Positions 27,433 through 38,148 of a stretch of 64,000 bases of DNA are shown here, one piece after another. The position numbers and the translations under genes were made by a program. The first letter of the stretch is position 1. Each line of letters starts with the position of its first letter. Below the pieces are notes generated by a model, which saw only the letters and a list, made by a program, of their open reading frames with translations, was not told the origin of the DNA and ran no database searches. Source of the DNA: Candidatus Aegiribacteria sp. (GTDB lineage Bacteria; Fermentibacterota; Fermentibacteria; Fermentibacterales; JCC-6); the NCBI GenBank assembly GCA_030600545.1, contig JAUVLV010000006.1, forward strand, positions 359 to 64,358. The letters are read 5' to 3'.

Positions 27433-28920
27433 CTAGTGTCTGAAATGCCGTGTTCCCGTAAATACCATGGACATACCGTGCTGATTCACCGCATCGATTA
27501 CTTCCTGATCACGCATCGATCCACCTGGCTGCACTATGGCTGCTATCCCCTCTTCGGCTGCGCGGTCAGGGCCGTCTCTGAAGGGAAAAAAGCCGTCGGA
27601 AGCCAGTACTGCTCCCTCAAGGGAATGCCCTTCCCTTTTTGCCCTTCGAATGGCAAGGTCAAGGCTTTCGATCCTGCTCATCTGACCGGCACCCACACCA
27701 AGTGTGCCCATGCTGTCACCAACGACTATGGCATTGCTTTTGACTGACCTGCAAACCCGCCAGAGAATGTCCATGGCCGCAAGCTCCCGTTCTGATGGTT
27801 CACGTTCGGAAACTACATCGATTTTTTCAAGGCCGGTTACAGAATCCGGGTCCTGAAAAAGCAGTCCTCCCAGAATACTTCTGATCTGCCTTCCAGCTTT
27901 CACACTCTCCGGCATTCTCAGAATTCTCAGCTTCTTTCTTTTCTGAAGCCGCAGCAGAGCATCCTCATCAAAGGAAGGAGCCATTACTATTTCCAGGAAT
28001 AGTCCTTTCAATCTGGCGACAAGCTCCATATCCACATTGCAGTTCAGTGCGAGTATTCCCCCGTACGGAGAGATTCTGTCGGCCCTGAAAGCATTCTCAA
28101 AGGCCTCAGCGGGAGTAGCTCCTGTTCCTGTTCCACAGGGATTGCCGTGTTTCATGAGAATGGCGGAAACGGAACCTTTCTGCATTTCAACCGCAAGATC
28201 CCATGCGGCAGTTGCATCCAGATAATTGTTGTAGCTCAGGGCTTTTCCACCAAGGATTTCCGCACTTCCAAAACCATTTTTGGGCCATGGAAAATGCACT
28301 ACAGCCGACTGATGTGGATTCTCTCCGTACCGAAGCTCGGGCACAAAACCCCGCTCAAGGCTCAACGAAATATCAAGATCGTAGCGCGATGTAATGTCGA
28401 AGGTTCTCGATGCCATCATCCGTCTGAACGCCTCATTGTCATGTTCGTTTGAAATCGCTTCAAGTACTGCGGGAAAAATATCACATCCGACAGCTGAAAT
28501 GACATGGTGCCAGTTTTTTGCAGCTCCGCGGGCCATAGTCGGGCCACCGATGTCGATGAATTCAACCAGCTCCGGATCAACAGCTTCCATTCCGGCTGTT
28601 TTCTCAAAAGGATAGAAATCAACAGCAACCAGGTCGAACACCGGTTTTCCCTCACTTATTCTGGCTTTCCTGTCTTCTCCTGCGGCAAGGATAGCCGCAT
28701 GAAGTTCAGGATGAAGGGTCTTCACCCTTCCTTCCAGTAATGAGCTTATACCTGTGATTTCTTCGGTTGAAACCACATCTGTTCCGCTCTCTCTTATATG
28801 CCTGGCCGTTCCTCCGGATGCGTATATCTTCCACCCCATATCGGAAAGCCCAAGAGTCAGCTCATCGAGCCCTTTTTTGTTCCAGGCACTGATCAGAGCG
28901 GTTCTTCTTGCGTCAGCCAT
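27433..28920 (-). CDS. purH: AICAR transformylase / IMP cyclohydrolase
   Basis: GRVKTLHP, IDIGGP, LRYGENPHQ, ASDGFFPF, RHFRH; ATG 28920 preferred. Confidence 0.96.
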   Translation of the reverse strand: MADARRTALISAWNKKGLDELTLGLSDMGWKIYASGGTARHIRESGTDVVSTEEITGISSLLEGRVKTLHPELHAAILAAGEDRKARISEGKPVFDLVAVDFYPFEKTAGMEAVDPELVEFIDIGGPTMARGAAKNWHHVISAVGCDIFPAVLEAISNEHDNEAFRRMMASRTFDITSRYDLDISLSLERGFVPELRYGENPHQSAVVHFPWPKNGFGSAEILGGKALSYNNYLDATAAWDLAVEMQKGSVSAILMKHGNPCGTGTGATPAEAFENAFRADRISPYGGILALNCNVDMELVARLKGLFLEIVMAPSFDEDALLRLQKRKKLRILRMPESVKAGRQIRSILGGLLFQDPDSVTGLEKIDVVSEREPSERELAAMDILWRVCRSVKSNAIVVGDSMGTLGVGAGQMSRIESLDLAIRRAKREGHSLEGAVLASDGFFPFRDGPDRAAEEGIAAIVQPGGSMRDQEVIDAVNQHGMSMVFTGTRHFRH

Positions 28921-29656
28921 TGTCCTCCATCCATTTTCTTGCATCAAAATATACCGTTGGATTCCTTTTATGTTCCGTGGACTGAACCATCTTCTCAATT
29001 ATTGAAGCTGCTTCCCCGGAGATATCTCCTTCCTGAAAATACGCCCTGATATCCCGGTATGAAACTCCCATTTCCCCCTCATCGCTCTGCCCTGGCCATA
29101 ACCCGGCAGACGGAACTCTGTCAATGACCCGGCGTGGCAGCCCCAGTGTCGCTGCAAGTTCTTTTACCTCATCCTTGAACAATCTGCCTATGGGGAGAAA
29201 ATCTGAAGCTCCGTCCCCCCACTTCGTCCAGTAACCTACAAGTATTTCAGAGTAATTACTCGTTCCCAGAACAAGCCTTCCCGAAGAATGTGCATAGAGC
29301 ATTATCATTCTGAGCCGCGATTTGACATTTGCCAGGTTCATTACGGATGAATCATCAAGTTCATCGGTAAAGGATTGAAATATCCGGGACAGGTCAATAA
29401 TCTTGTAGACGATCTCCAGATGCTCCGCTATCCTCACTCCGTCATCCGTATCCGACTGCATGCTCCCGCACGGCATTATCAATCCAAATACATTCTCATT
29501 TCCCAGGGCTTCAGCACATAGCGCGGCTGAAACAGCGGAATCAAGACCTCCGCTCAGGCCGACAACCACACCTGTTGCCGATGCTTCAGATATGATCTGT
29601 CTTATCCATTTCTCAATCGAATTTGCCAATGCTCTGTAATCAGTTATCTGTCCCAT
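28913..29656 (-). CDS. nadE: NH3-dependent NAD+ synthetase
   Basis: GLSGGLDS, NVKSRLRM, TKWGDG, PSAGLW, EHKR. Confidence 0.95.
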   Translation of the reverse strand: MGQITDYRALANSIEKWIRQIISEASATGVVVGLSGGLDSAVSAALCAEALGNENVFGLIMPCGSMQSDTDDGVRIAEHLEIVYKIIDLSRIFQSFTDELDDSSVMNLANVKSRLRMIMLYAHSSGRLVLGTSNYSEILVGYWTKWGDGASDFLPIGRLFKDEVKELAATLGLPRRVIDRVPSAGLWPGQSDEGEMGVSYRDIRAYFQEGDISGEAASIIEKMVQSTEHKRNPTVYFDARKWMEDNG

Positions 29657-29659
29657 AAC

Positions 29660-31723
29660 CTATTCCCTTACCGGCTTTAATGATAACTTTCTTTCCATGG
29701 GCTCAACTTTGAGAACCTCAACTTCAATAAGTGAACCTTCATGATAGGGTCCTCCGGATTCTGTGAAAGGAATTCCGGCTCGTCTAATATCGTTTTTGTG
29801 AGCCATCCCCTCTACAGGAACACCCTCAATCCTTACGAAGATACCAAAGCTCTTAATACCGGTAACCACACCATTGAAAACCTTTCCAATATTTTTTGAC
29901 AGAAACAGAAGAGCCATAAGTTCTTCAGCTTCCCTCTCCGCGCTCTCAGCATTGTCCTCATTCGCGTTGCATAACTCAGCGAGTCCTGCAAGGTCGGAAC
30001 CCTGAGCCGGGATTTCGCCTCTTTCCAGAACGGCCAGAACCTGGTGAACAATCAGGTCGGGATAGCGGCGGATTGGGCTTGTGAAATGCAGATAGCTTCT
30101 CAGCGCCAACCCGAAATGCCCCGTATTCGACGGAAGATAGACAGCTTTCTGCATCGATCTGAGGATATACTCAATGGCAAGGTCATGCAGGGGTGAATCC
30201 CGCAGGCTGTCCAGTATCTTCTTCAGAACGGCAGGGCTGTGTATCCTTCCCCCCGGAAGTGAAATGTCAAGCTGATCAAGTTGTTGCGCAAGACGCTCCT
30301 CGGATACGGAGTCAGGATCATCGTGTACTCTGAAAATAACAGGCAGTCCTGACCAGATGCAGTGATCCGCGACAGCCCTGTTGGCCTCCACCATGAAATT
30401 CTCGATCAGTCTGTGTGCCCTGTCTGAAGGTACTGCTCTGAAACCATCAGGCCAGCCGTCCTCTCCAAAAACAGTCCGGTATTCTCTGCTCCCCAGATCA
30501 AGAGCGCCCCTTTCCTCGCGGAGGGAATCAAGGTCCGCAGAAAGTGCTCCCATGGAGTTGAACAGCTGCTGGAGTTCGCTATCGGATCCTTCGCCCTCAA
30601 GGTACTCCAGAGCTTCTTCGTAGGTCATTCTTCTGCTTGAACGTATTACGGAGGGAACGATAGTGAAATCCAGGCGTTCACCGGTAGAATCGAATTCCAT
30701 CACCACTGTTCTAGCAGGTCTTTCCTCACCTGGTTTCAGGCTGCACGCCCCGTTGGAAAGCACCTGGGGAATCATGGGCAATACTCTGTCAGGAAGATAT
30801 ACACTTGTCCCCCTGCGCTGCGCTTCTTCATCCAGTTGACTGCCGGGGGTAACGTAATGAGCGACATCTGCTATATGAACGTACAGAATCCTGATATCGC
30901 CCTTAATCACTATTGAAACAGCATCATCAAAATCCCTGGCATCCACGGGATCAATGGTAATGGTTGGAAGATCCCGGAAATCCTCTCTTCCTTCCAGAGT
31001 CCAGGGTTCGGAAGCCAGTTCTTCAGCTTTTAATATCACACTTCTGGGGAATTTATCAGGAATGCCATGATCAAGCACAACCGAATCTATCAATGCACCC
31101 GGAGAGGAGGGGCTGCCAAGGTCCTTCTTCATATCGGCTGCCAGTTTCCTTCCCGAATAGTCCAGTTTCGCGAATACAAGCCTTCCCTGCGTGATATCCG
31201 CAGCGGAATCTGTTCTCAATAGTATATTTCTGGGAAGCACCGGGTTAACGGGATCGATCACCCATTTTCTTCCTCTTTTCCTTGCTACACCGCTTATTCC
31301 CTGCCTGCGGCGTTTCAGGACAACCTCGACCTTTCCCCTGTACCGGGCTTCTCCCGGAAGCGCTCCAAGCTTTCTGACCATGACAGAATCACCATCAAGC
31401 GAACCGGCATCATTGCGGGGATCTATCTCTATCCGATCTCCATCGGTTTTAACGAAACCACTGCCGTCAGCACGCTTGATGATGATTCCACTCGATATTC
31501 CAAGTTCCGATGGAAGCGCATACTTCTCGCTTTCCGCAGTCCACAGCTGCCCTTTTTCAACAAGCTGCTCCACAACTCCCGAGAGGTGAGGGTGAACGCC
31601 TTCCAACCGTTTTGCGATCTGCTGAAAAGTCAGCCTTGATGAGGGTTCGCGCTGAAACAGTTCCAGCACTGCATCAGAGGATACTTCACGGGACCGGGAA
31701 GGATCTGGTGTGCCGGTCGCCAT
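29660..31723 (-). CDS. rnr: Ribonuclease R
   Basis: TIDPVDARDFDDA, HFTSPIRRYPD, S1 domain. Confidence 0.9.
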   Translation of the reverse strand: MATGTPDPSRSREVSSDAVLELFQREPSSRLTFQQIAKRLEGVHPHLSGVVEQLVEKGQLWTAESEKYALPSELGISSGIIIKRADGSGFVKTDGDRIEIDPRNDAGSLDGDSVMVRKLGALPGEARYRGKVEVVLKRRRQGISGVARKRGRKWVIDPVNPVLPRNILLRTDSAADITQGRLVFAKLDYSGRKLAADMKKDLGSPSSPGALIDSVVLDHGIPDKFPRSVILKAEELASEPWTLEGREDFRDLPTITIDPVDARDFDDAVSIVIKGDIRILYVHIADVAHYVTPGSQLDEEAQRRGTSVYLPDRVLPMIPQVLSNGACSLKPGEERPARTVVMEFDSTGERLDFTIVPSVIRSSRRMTYEEALEYLEGEGSDSELQQLFNSMGALSADLDSLREERGALDLGSREYRTVFGEDGWPDGFRAVPSDRAHRLIENFMVEANRAVADHCIWSGLPVIFRVHDDPDSVSEERLAQQLDQLDISLPGGRIHSPAVLKKILDSLRDSPLHDLAIEYILRSMQKAVYLPSNTGHFGLALRSYLHFTSPIRRYPDLIVHQVLAVLERGEIPAQGSDLAGLAELCNANEDNAESAEREAEELMALLFLSKNIGKVFNGVVTGIKSFGIFVRIEGVPVEGMAHKNDIRRAGIPFTESGGPYHEGSLIEVEVLKVEPMERKLSLKPVRE

Positions 31724-31724
31724 A

Positions 31725-32741
31725 TCAGAGAACCTTTTTACTGACAGGTACCAGAAGAGAGACTGATCCGTTTTCAGTATTCCATCTGTTCAGTTTGAAT
31801 ATCATACCGGTATGAAAAGCCATCAGTGAAGCCCTGGTGAGCAGGTCAGCAGCAGAATCCATGTTGTTGAGGCAGAGTCCGGAACCCTTCGGAGGGGAAG
31901 TCCATTTTATTCTGAACTCCGCCGCGTTCCCCCGGGGGGACGCAATCATCCTTATGGATCCGATGCCGTTAACAGAAATCGTAGTTGAGGCGACAATGAG
32001 CCCGATGAGAAGGTTCATCCGGTTTTTACTGACAGGAAGTTTCCGGGGCATTCCTTCTTTTTCCTCGTACGAGAATTCAACGGATGTTCCACTCGACATC
32101 TGGCCGAGTTCAAGTATGTCCGCTTCGTTCCCTAAGGTCCATTCACTTTTAACATCAGGTGTTGAGTATATGGCCAGTCTTTCCAGGAAGCTCCTCAGTT
32201 CCTCCGTACCCTCAAGCGCAATAGAGAGTTTTTCCTTCACCTTATCAGACTGACTGCTGTGAAATTCAGCAAGTTCTACGTTTCCCATTATCCTCGCGAG
32301 GATATTGTTCATGTTATGAAGGAAGAATGGAAGAAGAGAACCGGTTCGCTCCCATAGAATGAGGTTCAGGTTCGCTGCTTCCCCGGCATCAATTCCAGCA
32401 TAACAGATCATCTTTCTTAATACATCCAGGGAGAAATCACACATCTGAAGAAATACAGGAAACCCGGTTCCGGAATCGGGTGAAAATGGGAGTATGACAG
32501 CTGACAGAACATCTGGAGAAAGATGCTTCCCCTCCGTTTCCGTGTACATAATCTCAAGTTCCTTCTTATCACATGGGCAGAAAATCGCGAAGATCATTCT
32601 TTCGGGATAATCAAGTTCCTTTAATTTTTCAACTGTTATGCAGGATGATGGAATTCTGCCCTCAATCAGTTCACAGATATTTTCCCTTTCACTTCCTGTT
32701 AAAACAACTAACCCCTGTCTGCTGTTATCCATATTAAACAC
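31725..32741 (-). CDS. Hypothetical protein with HisKA-like segment
   Basis: LHNMNNILARIMGNVEL resembles an H-box; no clear G boxes. Confidence 0.55.
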   Translation of the reverse strand: MFNMDNSRQGLVVLTGSERENICELIEGRIPSSCITVEKLKELDYPERMIFAIFCPCDKKELEIMYTETEGKHLSPDVLSAVILPFSPDSGTGFPVFLQMCDFSLDVLRKMICYAGIDAGEAANLNLILWERTGSLLPFFLHNMNNILARIMGNVELAEFHSSQSDKVKEKLSIALEGTEELRSFLERLAIYSTPDVKSEWTLGNEADILELGQMSSGTSVEFSYEEKEGMPRKLPVSKNRMNLLIGLIVASTTISVNGIGSIRMIASPRGNAAEFRIKWTSPPKGSGLCLNNMDSAADLLTRASLMAFHTGMIFKLNRWNTENGSVSLLVPVSKKVL

Positions 32742-33405
32742 TCTTCCCTTTCCAGTGTCTGCACGGTTTCACAAGCGGTACAAATCTTACCGGAAGTGAT
32801 TTCTTCATAATCAGGTTATCGCCATCTCTGGTAACTGATATCAATCTCTGTTGCCATTCTCCCGAAGGTAAAACCAGTCTGCCACCATCCGGGCTCAGCT
32901 GCTTTTCAAGTTCATCGGGTATGCTCACAGGAGCAGCTGATACGATTATCCCATCGTATGGAGCTGCGGGACTCCACCCCTGATATCCGTCTGCGTTAAT
33001 GAACTTGATATCCGCATCGGGAACAACGGCAGGAACAGCCTTCTTCGCGCTGACGATCAGATCCGGTATAAGCTCAAGTGTTACTACTTCCATACCCATT
33101 GAAGCAAGGATGGCTGTCTGGTAACCTGAGCCTGTCCCTATTTCAAGTATTCTGTCTCCCGGTTCGATCTCAAGCATCTGAATCATGAAAGCAACAATAA
33201 AAGGCTGCGATATCGTCTGCCCGAATCCAATGGGATAGGGATAGTCGCCGTAAGCGTCAGCAAGCCTTGTACCGGGGGGAACAAATTTTTCTCTTGGTAT
33301 TTTCATGAAAGCATTGAGAATACGTTCATCGTCAATTCCCGCACCTGCAAGGTCTCTTCGAACCATTCTCATTCGGAGAATGGCTGATGATGATTCAGAA
33401 TTCAA
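32734..33405 (-). CDS. pcm: Protein-L-isoaspartate O-methyltransferase
   Basis: GQTISQP, LEIGTGSGY, APYDGI, VRFVPL; TTG start overlapping the rarA stop. Confidence 0.94.
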   Translation of the reverse strand: MNSESSSAILRMRMVRRDLAGAGIDDERILNAFMKIPREKFVPPGTRLADAYGDYPYPIGFGQTISQPFIVAFMIQMLEIEPGDRILEIGTGSGYQTAILASMGMEVVTLELIPDLIVSAKKAVPAVVPDADIKFINADGYQGWSPAAPYDGIIVSAAPVSIPDELEKQLSPDGGRLVLPSGEWQQRLISVTRDGDNLIMKKSLPVRFVPLVKPCRHWKGKSV

Positions 33406-34727
33406 GGATTTCCTCTCTCCTTCCTTGCATTTTCTCTCAGCCTTTTCCACTCAGCCAGTTTTCTGATCACTGCTGCTTCCCTCCCGGATTCCGAAGGAAC
33501 GTAATATTCCTCTTCCTTCATCCCATCGGGAAAATTCATGTGGGTTACAATACCACCCGGCTGTGAATGAGCATACTGGTAATCTCGTCCGTAATCCAGT
33601 CTTTTCATAAGTTTCGTTGGCGCGTTCCTGAGATGCAGCGGAGCTGGAAGACTGCCGCTCTGCGAAGCGGATGAAACGGCTTTCTTCCAGGCAGTGTAGA
33701 CGGAATTGGATTTGGGCGCCAGGGCAAGGTAACACGCTGCTTCCGCAAGGGCAAGATCTCCCTCGGGAGAACCCAGAAATCTCCAGGAATCTGTAGCCCT
33801 CATCGCGACTGTAAGCGCGGACGGGTCAGCAAGGCCGATGTCTTCGGTGGCAAATCGTATCATCCTTCGAGCAATGTAAAGAGGGTTCTCACCTGATGTT
33901 ATCATCCTCGCAAGCCAGTACAGCGAGGCGTCTACATCTCCGGAACGAAGTGATTTGTGAAGTGCGCTGATAAGGTTGTAATGCTCTTCTCCGGATTTAT
34001 CATAGCAAAGCGGTGAGGAGAGAATCGCCTTTTCTGTCAGTTCAACCGTTATTTTCTTCCCGGAAGCCATTCCCGCCAGAAGTTCAAGCATATTCAAAGC
34101 CCGTCTGCCGTCTCCATCCGCTGCCGCAGCAATCCTGCTGAGTACCCCTTCCTGAATACCCCCGGGGTTCATCTCACTGAATACGGTGTGATCGGCAGTC
34201 CTCTTCAATATCGATTCAATGTGCGATTCCTCAAGCCTTTTAAGAACGTAAACCGTACATCTGCTGAGAAGAGGGGCGATTATCTCAAAGGATGGATTCT
34301 CCGTAGTAGCACCCGCGAGGGTTACGGTGCCGTTTTCCACATGTGGAAGGAAAGCATCCTGCTGAGCTTTGTTGAACCTGTGAATCTCATCTACGAAGAG
34401 CAGTGTCTTCATACCATTCCGCCTGAGCCTTGAAGCATCAGCCACTATGGCTCTTACCTGTTTGACCCCACCGGTAACAGCGCTGAATCGAACGAAATTC
34501 TGTTTGGCATACTCAGAAACGAGCAGTATAAGAGTTGTTTTTCCGGAGCCCGGCGGCCCCCAGAGAATGAACGAGCCAAGAACACCTTCCGTAATAGCCT
34601 TCCTGAAAGGCGCGTCTTCCGACAATAGATGATCCTGTCCCGCCACCTCCTCCAGTTTTCGGGGTCGGAGGAGATCAGCAAGGGGCGGTTTCGGTTCTTT
34701 TCCATTGATACTATCAAGCAGGTTCAT
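33402..34727 (-). CDS. rarA: Replication-associated recombination protein A
   Basis: GPPGSGKTT, DEIHRFNKAQQD, ATTENP, EDIGLAD. Confidence 0.95.
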   Translation of the reverse strand: MNLLDSINGKEPKPPLADLLRPRKLEEVAGQDHLLSEDAPFRKAITEGVLGSFILWGPPGSGKTTLILLVSEYAKQNFVRFSAVTGGVKQVRAIVADASRLRRNGMKTLLFVDEIHRFNKAQQDAFLPHVENGTVTLAGATTENPSFEIIAPLLSRCTVYVLKRLEESHIESILKRTADHTVFSEMNPGGIQEGVLSRIAAAADGDGRRALNMLELLAGMASGKKITVELTEKAILSSPLCYDKSGEEHYNLISALHKSLRSGDVDASLYWLARMITSGENPLYIARRMIRFATEDIGLADPSALTVAMRATDSWRFLGSPEGDLALAEAACYLALAPKSNSVYTAWKKAVSSASQSGSLPAPLHLRNAPTKLMKRLDYGRDYQYAHSQPGGIVTHMNFPDGMKEEEYYVPSESGREAAVIRKLAEWKRLRENARKERGNP

Positions 34728-34777
34728 TTGAATCGAAAATAAACTATTAGGAACATGAAAGGAAGGGAAAGATTGAA

Positions 34778-34804
34778 GATGCCCGGCTTTGAAGGCCGGG
34801 CATC
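34778..34804 (-). terminator. Terminator hairpin after lipoprotein gene
   Basis: GATGCCCGGC-7 nt-GCCGGGCATC followed on the minus strand by pyrimidine-rich sequence. Confidence 0.65.
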
Positions 34805-34823
34805 ATTATAGAAAATATTGTTA

Positions 34824-35840
34824 CTAGTTCAAGCCTCTGCTTGGGGAGCCACCCATGGCGCCCATCTGCGATTGCATTCCCTGAAGGAACATCATAGCCT
34901 GAATTGTCTGTGCTGGTTCACCGGGAAGAAGGTTCTCGGCGCCGCTGAAACCGTATCCCTTTACCTCAACGAAATGGGTTTCGCCGTCGCTGGATACTTT
35001 AGCGTAAGCAATGGGAATAAGTGGAAGCTCTGATGAAAGAACAGCTTCTGCTTCGCCTTCAGGATGCACAATGGTGAATTCCATTCCCTGAATTGTACTT
35101 CCCGCGACATCAACAGAGGTCTCGTTCATGCTGAACTGCATGTTATCAAGCTCGTCCATGAATTTATCGAGGTCTTCCTGTCCGCTCTCGGCTTCGAAGC
35201 CCTGGGTAAAGCCCTGCTGGAACTGTTCCTTGAATGCAGGATCGTCCATCATTTCCTCAAGAAATTCAGGTACACCGGCAAGATCGATGGCCATGACCAT
35301 TCCCTGCTGATCGTATTTTACTATTCTGATGGCGCCGATCAGTTCAATTGCCATATCCATGTTCTCTTCGCTGCCGAACATTTCAGCCATGTTGCCTGCA
35401 TCGGACACATTCTCACGGATATATGCTGCAGGATCGGCCACGAAAGTACCAAACTGATCTTTGTAATCACCCATGGCATTTTCCATACCTTCAGCATCAA
35501 CAAGCAACTGTGCTACGAAATCAGTAGTGCTGATCTGCACCCAGTAGCACTCGGTTCCCTGGTTGGTCTCGGTTCCTACTACAGAGATCGTAAGCGTTTC
35601 TCCCAGATCGTCAGCACTGTATTCGATCCACTGTCCGACAGCCATTTCAGGATTATCCAGATCGAAACCCTCAATTGAGACAACTTCATGATCCCCGTCG
35701 TCGCCGTGGGCATCATCACCGTTGCTGTCCGAGACAGTTTCTCCGTTATCTCCGCCATTACCAGCCTGGTCAGCCTGTTCTCCGCATCCGAAGAATGCAA
35801 GACCAATGACCATTACTACTATAAAAAGCAGCTTTGACAT
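34824..35840 (-). CDS. Hypothetical lipoprotein
   Basis: Signal peptide ending FFGC; acidic mature region. Confidence 0.75.
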   Translation of the reverse strand: MSKLLFIVVMVIGLAFFGCGEQADQAGNGGDNGETVSDSNGDDAHGDDGDHEVVSIEGFDLDNPEMAVGQWIEYSADDLGETLTISVVGTETNQGTECYWVQISTTDFVAQLLVDAEGMENAMGDYKDQFGTFVADPAAYIRENVSDAGNMAEMFGSEENMDMAIELIGAIRIVKYDQQGMVMAIDLAGVPEFLEEMMDDPAFKEQFQQGFTQGFEAESGQEDLDKFMDELDNMQFSMNETSVDVAGSTIQGMEFTIVHPEGEAEAVLSSELPLIPIAYAKVSSDGETHFVEVKGYGFSGAENLLPGEPAQTIQAMMFLQGMQSQMGAMGGSPSRGLN

Positions 35841-35927
35841 GTTTTTCCTTTCAGTTTGAATTAACAGTTGCGATATTTGTTCTGGTAAGGTGTAACTATG
35901 CGAAATTCAATGCATTTAGTCAAATAT

Positions 35928-36467
35928 CTACTCGGAATCAACCTCTATGAGTTTCACATAAGAGATTCTATTTTCCATAAGTTTATCCCCACCACCTAGA
36001 AATTTCAGATCTACTACGAATGCTGCGCCTGCCACAATACATCTGTCCCGGCGAAGCAGTGATACTGCCGCCATGGCCGACCCGCCAGTAGCTATAAGAT
36101 CGTCTACGATCAGTACTCTGCTTCCGGCTGGAAGCGAATTCTTATGCATTTCAACAGTATTTGTACCGTACTCAAGGGAATACTCTTCGCTGACAGTATC
36201 GCCGGGCAGTTTCCCCGGTTTTCGAATAAGGACAAGCGGTAAATCCTGTTTCGCCGCCATGACCGAACCGAATATGAATCCTCTTGATTCTATTGCGGCA
36301 ATAGCATCGTATTCAAAACCTTCACATGCTTTTTCAAGATGCTTCACCGTATCATTCAAAGCCCCTGGATGGGTAAGAAGTGTCGTAATATCCTTGAAAA
36401 TAACTCCCTCAATCGGAAAGTCGGGAATGTTACGAATATGACTTTCCAGTTCCTCCAGATTCAGCAT
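35928..36467 (-). CDS. apt: Adenine phosphoribosyltransferase
   Basis: IPDFP, ESRGF, RKPGKLP, LEYG, VDDLIATGG. Confidence 0.96.
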   Translation of the reverse strand: MLNLEELESHIRNIPDFPIEGVIFKDITTLLTHPGALNDTVKHLEKACEGFEYDAIAAIESRGFIFGSVMAAKQDLPLVLIRKPGKLPGDTVSEEYSLEYGTNTVEMHKNSLPAGSRVLIVDDLIATGGSAMAAVSLLRRDRCIVAGAAFVVDLKFLGGGDKLMENRISYVKLIEVDSE

Positions 36468-36940
36468 AAATTCCCTCCAGTATTCTCAATAATGAAATCC
36501 AGTGCTTCCTCCGGTGAACTTACCGGTACTACTCCATCGATTCCGGCCCATTTTCCCATAGCGCAGACGGGTTTTCCGGCCTGGAGAGCGTAAGCTATTT
36601 CGGACAGTGTCCCATACATCCCGCCTACTGCTGCAACAACTCTTCCGGAGAGTGCGATTATTCTGTTTCGTGAAGTTCCCATACCTGTTACAATAACGGT
36701 CTCCACCCAGCGGTTAGCCTTCTGAGGGTCTGACCCCGGAAGAATTCCGATACTGTGGCCGCCCTTGAAAGCTACGCCACGACATACTGCTTCCATGATG
36801 CCGGTTCCACCGCCGCAAATGACAGTAAAACCGTTATCTGCCAGCAGCTTACCGAACTTCTCCGCCCAGGAGATCTCCTCATGATCAGCGGAAGCTCCAC
36901 CGATTACGGATATTAGATTCGTTCTGATATCAGCCATCAA
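36461..36940 (-). CDS. LOG-family protein (TIGR00725-like)
   Basis: CGGGTGIMEAV, GILPG, GGMYGTLSEI. Confidence 0.85.
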   Translation of the reverse strand: MMADIRTNLISVIGGASADHEEISWAEKFGKLLADNGFTVICGGGTGIMEAVCRGVAFKGGHSIGILPGSDPQKANRWVETVIVTGMGTSRNRIIALSGRVVAAVGGMYGTLSEIAYALQAGKPVCAMGKWAGIDGVVPVSSPEEALDFIIENTGGNLC

Positions 36941-36963
36941 TCTACTATCATCGTTAAATGGAA

Positions 36964-37041
<78 letters not shown>

Positions 37042-37100
37042 ACTACTGTTTCAGCCAAGCAAATTTACTATTTATACTGCTATTACGCAACATCGGAACT

Positions 37101-37622
37101 TCAGCTGGATCCAACCAGAAAACCGATACCTGCCAGAGTACCGGACATTATCAGAGTAATAATCGCTCCAGCGATTGCTACTCCAAGGGCTATTGCAGGA
37201 ATTGCAAGCTTTTTAGGAATTCCGAACAGGAACGCGGCCACCGAACCTGTCCAGGCACCTGTTACCGGTAGAGGTATTGCCACAAATAGAGTCAGGCCGA
37301 GAGCTTCGTATTTTTCGATCTTCGTCCCGGCGCGTTTTCTGGCTTTTTCAAAAAGTACATCGAAAAACCTGTCGAATACTTTCCATCTCCTCAGGAACCT
37401 GCTGACCGGCTCCAGGAACCAGAGCAGGAATGGTACCGGCAGAAGGTTGCCAGCTACCGCAAGAAGGTAGATCTTCCACCATGGCCATGCCCACTGGCTG
37501 CTCATAACGGTCCATGCAATGGGAATGCTGCCACGGAGTTCAGTGAGAGGAAACGCTGAAAGGATCATCATCTGTACTTCCCCGGGAATTCCTCCAAGCC
37601 AGTGAAGCAGTGTTTCACCCAT
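37101..37622 (-). CDS. Putative small multidrug export family membrane protein (COG2426)
   Basis: ELRGSIP, GNLLPVP, FVAIPLPVTGAWTG. Confidence 0.85.
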   Translation of the reverse strand: MGETLLHWLGGIPGEVQMMILSAFPLTELRGSIPIAWTVMSSQWAWPWWKIYLLAVAGNLLPVPFLLWFLEPVSRFLRRWKVFDRFFDVLFEKARKRAGTKIEKYEALGLTLFVAIPLPVTGAWTGSVAAFLFGIPKKLAIPAIALGVAIAGAIITLIMSGTLAGIGFLVGSS

Positions 37623-37660
37623 AGGATCCCTTCATGCATACTGATTAAATGAATAAAGAA

Positions 37661-37737
37661 TGGTCGGGGCGACTGGATTCGAACCAGCGACCACTTGAAC
37701 CCCATTCAAGTGCGCTACCGGACTGCGCCACGCCCCG
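37661..37737 (-). tRNA. tRNA-Pro(GGG)
   Basis: Cloverleaf with CTTGA-ATGGGGT-TCAAG anticodon arm, TTCGAATCC, CCA. Confidence 0.96.
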
Positions 37738-37753
37738 ACCGAAGTGAGCAAAA

Positions 37754-38143
37754 TTACCCTTTATCACTCAGTTTGTCAACTGCCATTGGATCTCTGTCCA
37801 GTAAACAAATAATATCAGATATCTCTTTTTTTATGGAGTCGATCATCTCAGCCGAAACCGTTGTATCCTCAAGCTTCAGTTCCATCTGCTCGTTCAGGTC
37901 GTCCATATCTTCTATCTTCTGCCTTGCTCCGTCAATCGTATAGCGTTCCTGGTAGAGCAGCCTGCTGATCAGCTTGATCAACCCTATATCTTCCTGCTTG
38001 TATACTCTGTTGCCGGACTGGTTCTTGGAAGGTTTCAACATTGTGAATGCAGTCTCCCAGTACCTCAGCACATGGGGCTTGAGTCCCGTTAGACTGCAAA
38101 CCTCACTTATGGAATAATAGAGCTTTTCGCTGCTGGAATCCAA
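37754..38143 (-). CDS. MerR-family HTH regulator
   Basis: YYSISEV...HVLRYWETAF...GNRVY...YTIDGA; typical location before tRNA-Pro(GGG). Confidence 0.88.
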   Translation of the reverse strand: MDSSSEKLYYSISEVCSLTGLKPHVLRYWETAFTMLKPSKNQSGNRVYKQEDIGLIKLISRLLYQERYTIDGARQKIEDMDDLNEQMELKLEDTTVSAEMIDSIKKEISDIICLLDRDPMAVDKLSDKG

Positions 38144-38148
38144 TTCGG

